A stretch of DNA of 64,000 nucleotides from Oscillospiraceae bacterium (GTDB lineage: Bacteria > Bacillota > Clostridia > Saccharofermentanales > Saccharofermentanaceae). The notes under the pieces are model-generated. The model ran no database searches and was not told the origin of the DNA. It saw only the letters and a list, made by a program, of their open reading frames with translations. The stretch lies in contig CADAKH010000002.1 of the NCBI GenBank assembly GCA_902788505.1, forward strand, positions 1-64,000, read 5' to 3'. The position numbers and the translations under genes are program-made. Shown here piece by piece: positions 28,737 through 38,172 of this stretch. The first letter of the stretch is position 1. Each line of letters begins with the position of its first letter.

Positions 28737-31358
28737 TCAGGTTGGATCTCCGGGATACAGAGCCCAGTTATTCTTATCCAGAACATTGTCATGAACTGTG
28801 AACCAGCGGCGGTCTGCCTCAACGAGTTGTGTTCCATTGTTGGTAAGTACGCTTCCGCTGTTTGAAATATAAACATAGATATCACCGGATTTCGGATCCG
28901 TATTTATCGGATTGCCCGTAAAAGGATTGACCGGAGATTCCACTATGCCTTCGAGTGCAAGAGAGGGGGTGTCGGCATTTGTCATGAACTCATCTGATAC
29001 TGTAAATCCCGTGCTGTTAAAGTCCTTTACGAGGAGTACGGGATTGAGCTGTTCTGCATCGTAATCGAGATGATCCAGGACCATATCATCGAACTGCATA
29101 AAAGAATATCCGTGATCTGCAACGATTATTATCCTTGTATTGTCGTACATGCCGTTTGCACGGAGATAATCGAACCACTGTCCCAAAAGGATGCACGCAG
29201 ACATTGTGCACTCGTAGGATGCGTAGGAAAGATAGTCGTCCATATGCATTGTTCTTCCGTCAACCGTGAACCTGTCAGTGTGTTCCATATCGTATGCGGT
29301 ATTGTCGATAACAGGCGCAGGCTGATAGGAAGGTTCTTCGAGAAGGGTAACATCATGTGTGGTGTTGTTGGCGAACATGAAGAAGCAGTTCTCAGCGCCT
29401 GTATCATCAAAAACAATGTCATCCAGTGATTCGAGCACGAGCCTTGAACCGAGATAAGTCTCATCAAGTCCTGCCTGTGTGTGCGCGGGATCTGACAGTG
29501 CAGAGATATTTCCGCTTCCGTAAACATAGAGGTTCAGGTCATTATATGTGCCGCCTGAATATGTGACAGGCTGAAGCACATAAGGCAGAGTCTTCATGAT
29601 TCCGTAGCAGAAGAGATTCCTGTTAAGACGGAGCTCGTATTCCTCACCAAGTTCCGTAAGAGTGGGATTGGACAGGACGCCTGCCATGTTATAGGCGTTG
29701 ATCCTGTCATCGTTATCGTAGATTGAAAGATCCGATAGCCACTCATAGTTTGCATAAGGCGCATCACCGACCGTGACTTTCCAGCCGTTGTCTGCGAAGA
29801 CGGTGGGGAGGACCTTCAGCGCCTCATTGTGTTTATCGACAAGGAGTTCATCTGATCTCTTATTGAGATTTACGGGAGAATAATCGTATCCGCCGAAGAG
29901 CGCAGGCGCACCGTTGTTGGTGCTGTGACCTAAGGAAGCGGTATTGGGATAATAGGTGAAGCCGTCGAACTGATCTATCAGTTCAGGACGCTCGTTCATG
30001 ATGTAAGGAACATATCCGCTTATCATCCTGTCCATCATTATTACAACCACGTTCCTGCCCGTTGAAGTCATCGGAACGGCAATCTCCTCTGCGGTATTGC
30101 TGAATGTGTAATTGTGACCTGCCGTCATGACAAGGCTCAACGAGACATTAATGCCGGAGATTGCGATTACACCTGCAAGACCGACGCTTATCAGCAGCGT
30201 CTTGTATTTTTTGAGCTTTAAGAAGATAAGTGCCACAACTGCGATGATGGCTATATCTGCCAGAAGGTTCAGGATAATGTCCTTTGCTTCGAATGACATT
30301 CTGTATTCGTAGATAAGCTTTTTAGAGAGGTTACCGAAGTTTTTGTTGAAAAGAACGTAATTGATGATAGCGGCAACCGCAATGCCAGGCATGATGCCTT
30401 CAAGGTATTTATATGCCTTGTTCTTTGTGAGCACTATGAAAAGCGGTACCCAGATCATGAATGTTCCGGCAGCGGTAAGCCCGCTGTTCAGAAGATACAG
30501 GACAGGGTTGCAGGGATTTACTCCGAATGGCTTTATGAGCTCTGTCGGGTTCTCTGCTATGACATCCGAAGGGATCATGATGCCTGTAAGAACTGCAAGG
30601 ACTGCACAGGAGATCATTATTATCGTGAAACCCTTTTTATCGAACGCGGGAGATTCCTTCTTAAGCTTTGATCCGGGTTTTGGTTTTACAAAGTGAGTGA
30701 CGATGTTTTTGCCGAGCGAGAAAACATTGTTGAGTGTCCAGTAGAAGACCAGACCTGCCGGTGAATTGTAGAGCAAAACGAGGAACACAAGCGCTATGAG
30801 GATAAGCTTGATCTTGTCTTTTACCATGCCCTTTTCGGTGTAGATGAATCCTGAAATGATGTTTATCAGGGTCATCAGAACGGGAAGAACGTTAATACTT
30901 ATGGCTCCGATCGTGATAAGGGCATCAGGTGAACCGAGATCTGTGACGGGTCCGAGAGAGACTCCCTGCAGAAGTTTTAATCCGGACAGGAAACTGTATG
31001 CCGCCATAAAGAAAGGGATCTGAAGGAAGAGCGAGACGGATTCTTTGAATACTGCTGTCGTCTTATAATCGTTCTCGCGGTAATAAGCCTGAAGCATCAT
31101 GATCTTCTCATCGCCCCTGAAAGATGCCTTGATACGGTCGACCCAGGGCTTCATGCTCTTTTTCTTTTCGCGCTGCTCCTTTTCGAGCTTGTCTGCGCGG
31201 TTATAGAGAGGCAATACTAGAATATTGATAACCAGGCTTATCACGACTATTGAAAGGCCGACATTGCCTGAAAATTTATAGGCATAGAAAAAAATGACTT
31301 CGAACAGAAGTTTAAGCGGCTCGATAAATAAACTGAATAAATAATCAAAAAAAGACAT
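28737..31358 (-). CDS. Fusion protein: N-terminal YidC/Oxa1-like membrane insertase domain (about 230 aa) joined to a 5-TM plus extracytoplasmic sulfatase/LtaS-like (phosphoglycerol transferase) domain
   Basis: aa 30-230 align by eye to the SpoIIIJ/YidC core ([18 protein letters not shown]...[13 protein letters not shown]...[14 protein letters not shown]...[18 protein letters not shown]). There follow 5 TM helices and an alkaline-phosphatase-superfamily domain ([13 protein letters not shown]...IIIVADHGY). The 873-codon ORF is uninterrupted. Confidence 0.6.
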   Translation of the reverse strand: MSFFDYLFSLFIEPLKLLFEVIFFYAYKFSGNVGLSIVVISLVINILVLPLYNRADKLEKEQREKKKSMKPWVDRIKASFRGDEKIMMLQAYYRENDYKTTAVFKESVSLFLQIPFFMAAYSFLSGLKLLQGVSLGPVTDLGSPDALITIGAISINVLPVLMTLINIISGFIYTEKGMVKDKIKLILIALVFLVLLYNSPAGLVFYWTLNNVFSLGKNIVTHFVKPKPGSKLKKESPAFDKKGFTIIMISCAVLAVLTGIMIPSDVIAENPTELIKPFGVNPCNPVLYLLNSGLTAAGTFMIWVPLFIVLTKNKAYKYLEGIMPGIAVAAIINYVLFNKNFGNLSKKLIYEYRMSFEAKDIILNLLADIAIIAVVALIFLKLKKYKTLLISVGLAGVIAISGINVSLSLVMTAGHNYTFSNTAEEIAVPMTSTGRNVVVIMMDRMISGYVPYIMNERPELIDQFDGFTYYPNTASLGHSTNNGAPALFGGYDYSPVNLNKRSDELLVDKHNEALKVLPTVFADNGWKVTVGDAPYANYEWLSDLSIYDNDDRINAYNMAGVLSNPTLTELGEEYELRLNRNLFCYGIMKTLPYVLQPVTYSGGTYNDLNLYVYGSGNISALSDPAHTQAGLDETYLGSRLVLESLDDIVFDDTGAENCFFMFANNTTHDVTLLEEPSYQPAPVIDNTAYDMEHTDRFTVDGRTMHMDDYLSYASYECTMSACILLGQWFDYLRANGMYDNTRIIIVADHGYSFMQFDDMVLDHLDYDAEQLNPVLLVKDFNSTGFTVSDEFMTNADTPSLALEGIVESPVNPFTGNPINTDPKSGDIYVYISNSGSVLTNNGTQLVEADRRWFTVHDNVLDKNNWALYPGDPT

Positions 31359-31529
31359 AATCGGCTTAATTATAAAAAGATTATGACTTTACCGCAAGCA
31401 AGGGATAACAAGCCTGAATTAAAGGGGTCAAAATTCATTTATTATTCACCCAAAAAACAACAGGATTACTCTATAATATGTTTATGCTTCCGGAACGGAA
31501 GTCTTCTATCAGTAGAAAGGGGGAAAGCT

Positions 31530-32744
31530 ATGGACGGCAAAGCCATGTATAACCTGACTTACGGGCTCTTTGTCCTGACGGCGAAAGACGGCAGCAAAGA
31601 CAACGGCTGTATCGTAAACACGGTATCCCAGGTCACGACCGAACCTAACAGGATCTGTGTTGCAGTCAACAAACTGAACTTCACGCATGACATGATCCAT
31701 AAGACCGGAGAGTTCAACGTCTCGATCCTCACTGAAGGTTCAAAGTTTGAGACTTACAAGCACTTCGGATTCCAGAGCGGCAGGGACATCGACAAGATGG
31801 AAGCCATTGACTTCAGGCGTTCTGCCAACGGCATCGCTTATCTTATCAATGAGACCAATGCTTTTATCTCGGCTAAGGTTGTAAGTGAGACCGATCTCGG
31901 AACACATACACTGTTCCTTGCAGATGTTACCGACGGCGAAGTCTTATCAGATAATCCGTCCGTCACTTATGCTTTCTACCAGAAGTACATCAAGAAAAAG
32001 CCCGACCGGGATGCTGAATCTTCTGCCAAAAAAGGCTTTATCTGCACCGTATGCGGATATATCTACGAAGGCGACACTCTCCCTCCGGATTTCATATGCC
32101 CGTGGTGTAAACATGATGCGAGCTATTTCATCCCGACAGAAGGAAGTGCTCCCGCAAAAGAAACAATAAAGGAAACCAAAATATCCAAGACACAGGAGGA
32201 AACAAAAATGAGCAAGTACGCAGGCACACAGACAGAGAAGAACCTTCAGGCAGCTTTCGCAGGTGAATCTCAGGCAAGAAATAAGTATACCTATTTCGCA
32301 TCCAAGGCTAAGAAGGAAGGTTACGAGCAGATCGCAGCTCTCTTCCTCAAGACAGCTGACAACGAGAAAGAGCATGCAAAGATGTGGTTCAAGGAACTCG
32401 AGGGCATCGGCACAACAGCAGAGAATCTCAAGGCTGCAGCTGATGGCGAGAACTACGAGTGGACAGATATGTACGAGGACTTCGCCAAGACAGCTGAGGC
32501 AGAAGGCTTCCCGGCACTCGCAGCAAAGTTCAGAATGGTCGGCGCTATCGAGAAGCATCACGAGGAAAGATACAGAGCTCTCCTTAAGAACGTTGAGGCT
32601 CAGGAAGTATTCGCAAAGAGCGAAGTCAAGGTTTGGGAGTGCAGAAACTGCGGTCATATCGTAGTAGGCGAGAAGGCACCCGAGATGTGCCCTGTTTGCG
32701 CTCACCCTCAGTCTTATTTCGAAGTTAACGCTGAGAACTACTGA
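31530..32744 (+). CDS. Three-module fusion: flavin reductase-like domain, rubredoxin, and a complete rubrerythrin (ferritin-like di-iron domain with C-terminal rubredoxin-like CxxC x2)
   Basis: aa 1-160 form an FMN-binding split-barrel flavin reductase. The rubredoxin reads CTVCGYIY...CPWC. The rubrerythrin carries di-iron ligands ([17 protein letters not shown]) and the C-terminal CRNCG...CPVCAH. Start at 31530 follows RBS AGGGGGA. Confidence 0.8.
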   Translation: MDGKAMYNLTYGLFVLTAKDGSKDNGCIVNTVSQVTTEPNRICVAVNKLNFTHDMIHKTGEFNVSILTEGSKFETYKHFGFQSGRDIDKMEAIDFRRSANGIAYLINETNAFISAKVVSETDLGTHTLFLADVTDGEVLSDNPSVTYAFYQKYIKKKPDRDAESSAKKGFICTVCGYIYEGDTLPPDFICPWCKHDASYFIPTEGSAPAKETIKETKISKTQEETKMSKYAGTQTEKNLQAAFAGESQARNKYTYFASKAKKEGYEQIAALFLKTADNEKEHAKMWFKELEGIGTTAENLKAAADGENYEWTDMYEDFAKTAEAEGFPALAAKFRMVGAIEKHHEERYRALLKNVEAQEVFAKSEVKVWECRNCGHIVVGEKAPEMCPVCAHPQSYFEVNAENY

Positions 32745-32825
32745 TAACTGATATCGGCTATAAACTAAAAGGGCTGTCTCTGTTGAAGTGAACCCCTGAA
32801 GTTGGACGGTACTAAAACGAGTATA

Positions 32826-32870
32826 AGGACTGATTCCTTGCCTGCAAGGAGTCAGTCCTTTCAGTTTTTA
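32826..32870 (+). terminator. Rho-independent terminator, near-palindromic
   Basis: AGGACTGATTCCTTGC-CTGCAAGGAGTCAGTCCT followed by TTCAGTTTTT. Confidence 0.6.
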
Positions 32871-32895
32871 TGTCCTTTGGTCTTATATGTTTTTA

Positions 32896-33051
32896 TCAGC
32901 TTATGCCCACGACGATTATAAGAAGAGGCCACTTCTCCCAATCGAGAAGCAGCGATTCAACAACAAGCACCATGGCGAAGATCGTATAACTTATCAGAAG
33001 CGTAAGCTGGGAGGACTGGAACAGATCGGTGTTTTCGTTCTTAGTGCTCAT
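32896..33051 (-). CDS. Possible small (51 aa) single-TM peptide, 5 nt downstream of the REC-GGDEF-REC-HD-GYP gene
   Basis: The reverse strand translates to MSTKNENTDLFQSSQLTLLISYTIFAMVLVVESLLLDWEKWPLLIIVVGIS, with GAGGA 8 nt upstream of the ATG. No homology is known; speculative. Confidence 0.25.
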   Translation of the reverse strand: MSTKNENTDLFQSSQLTLLISYTIFAMVLVVESLLLDWEKWPLLIIVVGIS

Positions 33052-33056
33052 AATGA

Positions 33057-35417
33057 TTATCCTCTGAACTTATAGTCGGTGTCCTCGTTTATTATTTCTG
33101 ACATTATCTCTGCGATCTCAGGATCGAACTGTGATCCTGAACCGAGCTTTAATTCTTCTCTGATCATATCCTGCGTAAGACGTCTTCTGTAGATCCTTTC
33201 GCTGGACATGGCATCGTATGCATCAGCAACAGCTACGATGCGTGCGATTTCCGGGATGTCATCACCTTTAAGTCCTGAGGGATAGCCCGTCCCGTTGTAT
33301 TTCTCGTGATGGTATTTTGCGACTATACCGAAATTCGGATCCATATCGATATTGCTCAATATGCCGGCACCCAGTTCCGAATGACGCTGGATCTGTTCGT
33401 ATTCTTCGGAAGTAAGTCTTCCGGGTTTCAAAAGGACATAGTCCGGAATGCCGATCTTCCCGATATCGTGAAGAAGTGAAGCCATATAGATCTCATCGAG
33501 CTTCTCATCTGAATACCCCAGTCTTTTGGCGATCATTCTCGAATATTCCGCAACTCTTCTCGAATGACCTTTCGTGAAGTCGTCCTTGGCTTCAATGGCG
33601 GCGGAAAGAACACTTACGACCTGGAGGAAGAGCTTCCTGTTGTCTCTTGTCTTCTGTTCGACTTCACGATAAAGCCTGTTCTGTAGAGTGACAAGTTCTA
33701 TGATGTGGTTTACACGGAGCGTTAACACTTCAGGTACAAAAGGCTTCCTGATGAAGTCCATCGCACCGAGTGACAGACATTCACGTTCGATGCCTTCGCT
33801 CTCGTCTGCGGTCAGGAAGATGACCGGGATCCTTGATGCGGCATTCTCAAGTGAGCGGAGTTTTTTGATCGTTTCAAGACCATCCATGCCGGGCATCTGC
33901 ACATCAAGAAGGATGAGATCAGGCATCACGGTCTCTTTGGTAAGATGATCGATAAGTGCTTCTCCGGATTTAAGTGCCGCAACATGCATGCCGGCGGAGC
34001 TCAGTACTTTTCCTGCAACCTGAAGATTTATAACGTTGTCATCTACTACAACGACTCTCTTTACATCATTGCCTGCCGGTGCGCCGGAGTTATTTCCGAT
34101 GAATTCGGTCTCGTGTGTAATGACAAGGCCTGATATGTTTTTGCTGTTCCAGCCGTCCAGGAGGTGGGATATGACCGTGTCTATGGAATCGGCCCTGATA
34201 TCGGTGAGAAATACAAAATACTGGTTCTTGCTGCTCCTCATGAAGATATCGGATTTGCGGAGCGACTCTCTGATATGGCTTCCGAATGTATCGACGATGT
34301 CGTAGAAGTCTGTGTCCGTTTTGCCGTTTTCCGGAGCGAGGGTGAAGAGAACTTTGCAGGCATTGATGTGATGCCTGATGCTGTATCTGATTACATAACG
34401 GTAAACAGGGGAGAAAGAGTCCTTGTCGAGCTGAAGTGCAACATCCTGAATCGAACGTTCACCCAATATCTCAGAGATAGCATGTATATCGTGAACGGAA
34501 GTCACGCTTCCGTCTTCTGTATCGTCATCGTGAAGGCTGTAGCTGTGCTTGCCGTTTTTCTTGACGGTGTAAAGAGCCTTATCCGCAAGCCTTAAAAGCG
34601 CAGTGTAGTCGTTGCCGTATCTGGGGACGAAGATTCCGCCGATCGATGCACCGAGCGGGATGCTCATGTCATCGCCCATGAGTTCTTTGGCCTTCTTGGT
34701 GATCTCTTCATTGATCTTCAAAGTGATCTCGGCAACCGCACCTTCCGTGGTGACGCCGGCAGCGAATGCCGCGAACTCATCACCGCCGATCCTTCCGCAT
34801 TTGCTTCCGGAGGGAACGTTGTTCTTTATCGTATCGGCACATGCGATGAGTACCTTATCTCCCATCTCGTGTCCGTAGATATCATTGACGAGTTTGAATG
34901 AATCGAGATCGATCATCATGAGACAGCCTGTACTGTCGGAACACATCCCGGAGAGTTCAACGCTTGAGGCACCTTTGTTGAGAAGTCCTGTCAGCTTGTC
35001 GATAGTAGCTTCGCTCTTAAGGCTCTGCATCTCCTGGGAATTGGACATAATGTTATCGATTCTCCGGAGAAGTACATCGGGATTGAATGGCTTTCTGATA
35101 AAGTCGGATACGCCGACCTCAAAGCCCCTTGTCTCTGTATCCGCATCTTCATCTGCAGTGAGAATGATAACAGGTGTCTTCATGAGACCTCTCTGTTCTT
35201 CCATCTGTCTCAGTTTGCCTAGTGTCTCAAATCCGTCCATCACAGGCATCTTGATATCAAGAAGCACAAGGTCCGGCGTGCCGTTCTCGGTTACATACTC
35301 GAGAAAAGAACTGCCTGACTTAAGAGCCGTAACGCGCATGTTGTTTTTGCTGAGAATGTGACCTGCCATTTTAAGAATGGCAGTGTCGTCATCAACGACG
35401 ATAATCCACTTCGCCAT
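33057..35417 (-). CDS. Response-regulator protein REC-GGDEF-(unknown domain)-REC-HD-GYP; a dual c-di-GMP cyclase/phosphodiesterase candidate
   Basis: REC1 (VVDDDTAIL...DIKMP). GGDEF with an intact RIGGDEF motif. REC2 (VVVVDDNVIN...DVQMPGMDG). HD-GYP (HDIGKIGIP...HHEKYNGTGYP). Confidence 0.8.
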   Translation of the reverse strand: MAKWIIVVDDDTAILKMAGHILSKNNMRVTALKSGSSFLEYVTENGTPDLVLLDIKMPVMDGFETLGKLRQMEEQRGLMKTPVIILTADEDADTETRGFEVGVSDFIRKPFNPDVLLRRIDNIMSNSQEMQSLKSEATIDKLTGLLNKGASSVELSGMCSDSTGCLMMIDLDSFKLVNDIYGHEMGDKVLIACADTIKNNVPSGSKCGRIGGDEFAAFAAGVTTEGAVAEITLKINEEITKKAKELMGDDMSIPLGASIGGIFVPRYGNDYTALLRLADKALYTVKKNGKHSYSLHDDDTEDGSVTSVHDIHAISEILGERSIQDVALQLDKDSFSPVYRYVIRYSIRHHINACKVLFTLAPENGKTDTDFYDIVDTFGSHIRESLRKSDIFMRSSKNQYFVFLTDIRADSIDTVISHLLDGWNSKNISGLVITHETEFIGNNSGAPAGNDVKRVVVVDDNVINLQVAGKVLSSAGMHVAALKSGEALIDHLTKETVMPDLILLDVQMPGMDGLETIKKLRSLENAASRIPVIFLTADESEGIERECLSLGAMDFIRKPFVPEVLTLRVNHIIELVTLQNRLYREVEQKTRDNRKLFLQVVSVLSAAIEAKDDFTKGHSRRVAEYSRMIAKRLGYSDEKLDEIYMASLLHDIGKIGIPDYVLLKPGRLTSEEYEQIQRHSELGAGILSNIDMDPNFGIVAKYHHEKYNGTGYPSGLKGDDIPEIARIVAVADAYDAMSSERIYRRRLTQDMIREELKLGSGSQFDPEIAEIMSEIINEDTDYKFRG

Positions 35418-35620
35418 AAAAGATTACCCCGAAAAATCATAGTAAAACACTAGTAATTAAAATAATAACATAAGGGTTTTGCGAATGTCGGGTTTCATAA
35501 AAATATATCAAAAACTTGATAAGTAATCTTAACTTAGTCTTAATCTCGCCGGAACCGTATTGAAAACCCGTTTTTTCAATGGCAAACTATCCGCAGTGTT
35601 TAACTTGGGGGTAATTAGTT

Positions 35621-36358
35621 ATGTTGGAAGTTAAGAACGTAACCAAGCGTTACGGCAAAAATGTTGCATGCAATGATGTTTCCTTCACTCTTGAACCTGG
35701 GACACTGACGGTCCTTCTGGGACCCAACGGTGCCGGAAAGAGTACGATCATCAAATCGATCATCGGATTTCTTAAATATCAGGGCGAGATCACGGTCAAC
35801 GGTATCAACAATAAGAGCGTTGAAGCCAGAAAGATCCTTGGTTACATACCTGAGATGCCATCTCTTTATCCGACTCTTACAGTGACTGAGCACATGGAGT
35901 TTATCGCAAGGGCTTATAAGCTCACCGATTACAAAGACAGGATCAATATGCTTTTCGAGCGATTTGAGCTTGACGATAAGCGCAGGAAGTTCGGCGATGA
36001 ATTATCCAAAGGTATGCAGCAGAAGCTCAATCTCTGTCTGGGCCTTCTTCCTGATCCTGAGATCCTCCTTCTTGATGAACCTTTGCTGGGTCTTGATCCG
36101 CATGCGATCAAGGAACTAAAGAATTATATCGAAGAGATGAGAAGAGCCGGCAAGACAATGCTCATCAGCACTCACATCATCGACAGTGTCGATATGCTCT
36201 GGGACAGAACGATAATCATGCAGGGCGGACAGATCAAGGCTAACGTCACAAGAAGCGAAGTTGACGAGAGCGGAAAGACTTTGGAGGATCTGTTCTTTGA
36301 AGTTACGGAAGGTATTGATAAGTCATCCGTAAGCGGAGAAGGGGAGACTCTGAAATGA
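35621..36358 (+). CDS. ABC transporter ATP-binding protein
   Basis: Walker A GPNGAGKST, signature LSKGMQQKLNL, Walker B LLLDEPLLGLD. Confidence 0.85.
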   Translation: MLEVKNVTKRYGKNVACNDVSFTLEPGTLTVLLGPNGAGKSTIIKSIIGFLKYQGEITVNGINNKSVEARKILGYIPEMPSLYPTLTVTEHMEFIARAYKLTDYKDRINMLFERFELDDKRRKFGDELSKGMQQKLNLCLGLLPDPEILLLDEPLLGLDPHAIKELKNYIEEMRRAGKTMLISTHIIDSVDMLWDRTIIMQGGQIKANVTRSEVDESGKTLEDLFFEVTEGIDKSSVSGEGETLK

Positions 36359-38025
36359 GACTGTTTTTCTTTTATTTCACCAGAACACTTCTTAACACGA
36401 TTAAGAAGCTCATGAAAACGTGGGTTGCCATTATCCTCATTATGATGCTTTTCGGTATCGTGATCGGATTTGCAGGAAGCTTTCTTGACAGAAACGACAG
36501 GAATAAGGAGCCATCCGAAACTTCTGTAACCGAAGAGGTCACAGAAGACGAAGAAGAGATCGAGTTGAATCTGGACGAATGGCGTTTCTCCAATATCCTG
36601 AAGAAATACGATATCTCTAAAGAACAGGTGATAGACCTGGCTATCTCGGCTGTATTCCTGCTCCTTCTTGCGACAAATATCCTGAATGCGCAGAATTCCA
36701 GCAAGATCTTCCTGCCGGCTGATGTGCCGATGCTCTTCGCATCGCCTATGAAGCCGCAGTCTGTCCTTATGTTCAGGCTGCTTAACACGCTCGGAACATC
36801 ATTGTTTGTTTCGTTGTTCATGCTGTTCCAGCTTCCGAACCTGATCGTAAATGTAGGTCTCAGCGTATGGGCGGCCATATCACTCGTTATCGTGTATGCC
36901 CTGATCCTTGTGTTCAGTACACTGGTCCAGGTCGTTTTCTATACGGTCACATCGAAGATGAAGAACGGGACCGGGAATATAAAGACTGTACTCGCCATAA
37001 TTTACGGAGCGATTGCATTGGGTTTTGCTGTTTATGTATATGCAGAGAAGGTAAGTGTCGTTCAGGGATTCTTCGGATATTTCGCAAATCCTTCAACTCA
37101 CTGGGTTCCTTTCTGGGGATGGCTCAGAGGCATCTCATACTATGCCGCAGCAGATAATATGGTCATGTCTTTTGTCTATCTCGGCCTGTTTATCGCAGCG
37201 TGCGCCCTGCTTGTGTTTGTCATCTGGAAGATGAAGGCAGACTTCTATGAAGATGCCATGTTTGCGGCAGAGCACAAGGCTGAGCAGATCGAAAGTGCCA
37301 GGATGGCTTCAAAGGGCGCTGTTGCCCAAAGAGAGAAAGAACGCAAGGGCAAGATCGACAGGGAAGGCTTCCACTACGGCAAAGGTGCGAACGTATTCTT
37401 CTATAAAGCCGTTTTTAACAGATTCAGATTTGCAAAGCTCAGATTCCTTTCGACAACCATGATCGTTTACACGGTAATAGCAGGAGTTGCCGCATGGCTT
37501 GCAAGGTCAGCACCTATGGACGATGTGTTCTTCATTCCTGCTGCTGTTCTGGGCGTTATGGCTTTTTACAGGACATTGGGAGACCCTATTAGAGAGGATA
37601 CTTCAAGGGATTTCTTCATTCTCATTCCCGAGAAGCACTATACAAAGGTTATGTATTCACTTTCGGGCTGTCTTGCCGTTACGGCGATCGACCTGTCCTT
37701 ACCGGTCGTTGTCTCCGCAATAATCACAGGTGCAAATCCTCTCACGGTAATGGCATGGTTCCTGTTCATACTGTCCATAAGCTTCTTTGCAACGGTAGTG
37801 GGAACACTTATCTCGTTGTCTTTGCCTAAGGATCAGGCTCAGACGATATCGGTCATTGTGCAAATGATGTTCTTCTATTTCGGACTCACGCCGTCTGCGG
37901 CAGTTGTTATAATCGGTATTGTCTTAGGCCATGTGACCGTTGCAGTGCTGATAGGGGCTGTTATCAACTTCATCACAGGATTCCTGGTATCCTTGATCCT
38001 TCCTGCTGTTTTAGGGAGAAAATAA
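36355..38025 (+). CDS. Putative ABC exporter permease (polytopic membrane protein)
   Basis: Translationally coupled to the ATPase; 10 or more TM helices. Confidence 0.5.
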   Translation: MRLFFFYFTRTLLNTIKKLMKTWVAIILIMMLFGIVIGFAGSFLDRNDRNKEPSETSVTEEVTEDEEEIELNLDEWRFSNILKKYDISKEQVIDLAISAVFLLLLATNILNAQNSSKIFLPADVPMLFASPMKPQSVLMFRLLNTLGTSLFVSLFMLFQLPNLIVNVGLSVWAAISLVIVYALILVFSTLVQVVFYTVTSKMKNGTGNIKTVLAIIYGAIALGFAVYVYAEKVSVVQGFFGYFANPSTHWVPFWGWLRGISYYAAADNMVMSFVYLGLFIAACALLVFVIWKMKADFYEDAMFAAEHKAEQIESARMASKGAVAQREKERKGKIDREGFHYGKGANVFFYKAVFNRFRFAKLRFLSTTMIVYTVIAGVAAWLARSAPMDDVFFIPAAVLGVMAFYRTLGDPIREDTSRDFFILIPEKHYTKVMYSLSGCLAVTAIDLSLPVVVSAIITGANPLTVMAWFLFILSISFFATVVGTLISLSLPKDQAQTISVIVQMMFFYFGLTPSAAVVIIGIVLGHVTVAVLIGAVINFITGFLVSLILPAVLGRK

Positions 38026-38070
38026 CACCCGGAAAGCCCGTGATTGACAACATATAGACGACCATCTATA

Positions 38071-38115
38071 TAAGGAATATGTAACAAAATTTTGTTTTAC
38101 ATATTCCTTTTTTGA
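38071..38115 (+). terminator. Rho-independent terminator after the ABC permease
   Basis: AAGGAATATGTAA...TTACATATTCCTT followed by TTTTGATATT. Confidence 0.5.
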
Positions 38116-38172
38116 TATTAAAATACATGATGGCGAACGTTGGTTTAATATTGGTTTTTTACGGAGAAAGAT

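Noticed and set aside
31947-32705. 252-aa minus-strand ORF antisense to the rubrerythrin fusion
   Set aside because: The Cys/Leu-rich translation is the mirror of a Lys/Glu/Ala-rich codon-biased gene. The sense-strand protein has clear di-iron and rubredoxin motifs.
32887-33075. 62-aa + strand ORF between the rubrerythrin terminator and the HD-GYP gene
   Set aside because: No RBS and no hydrophobic or structural logic. The opposite-strand 51-aa hydrophobic ORF with a GAGGA RBS is the more plausible small gene, and even that is reported at low confidence.
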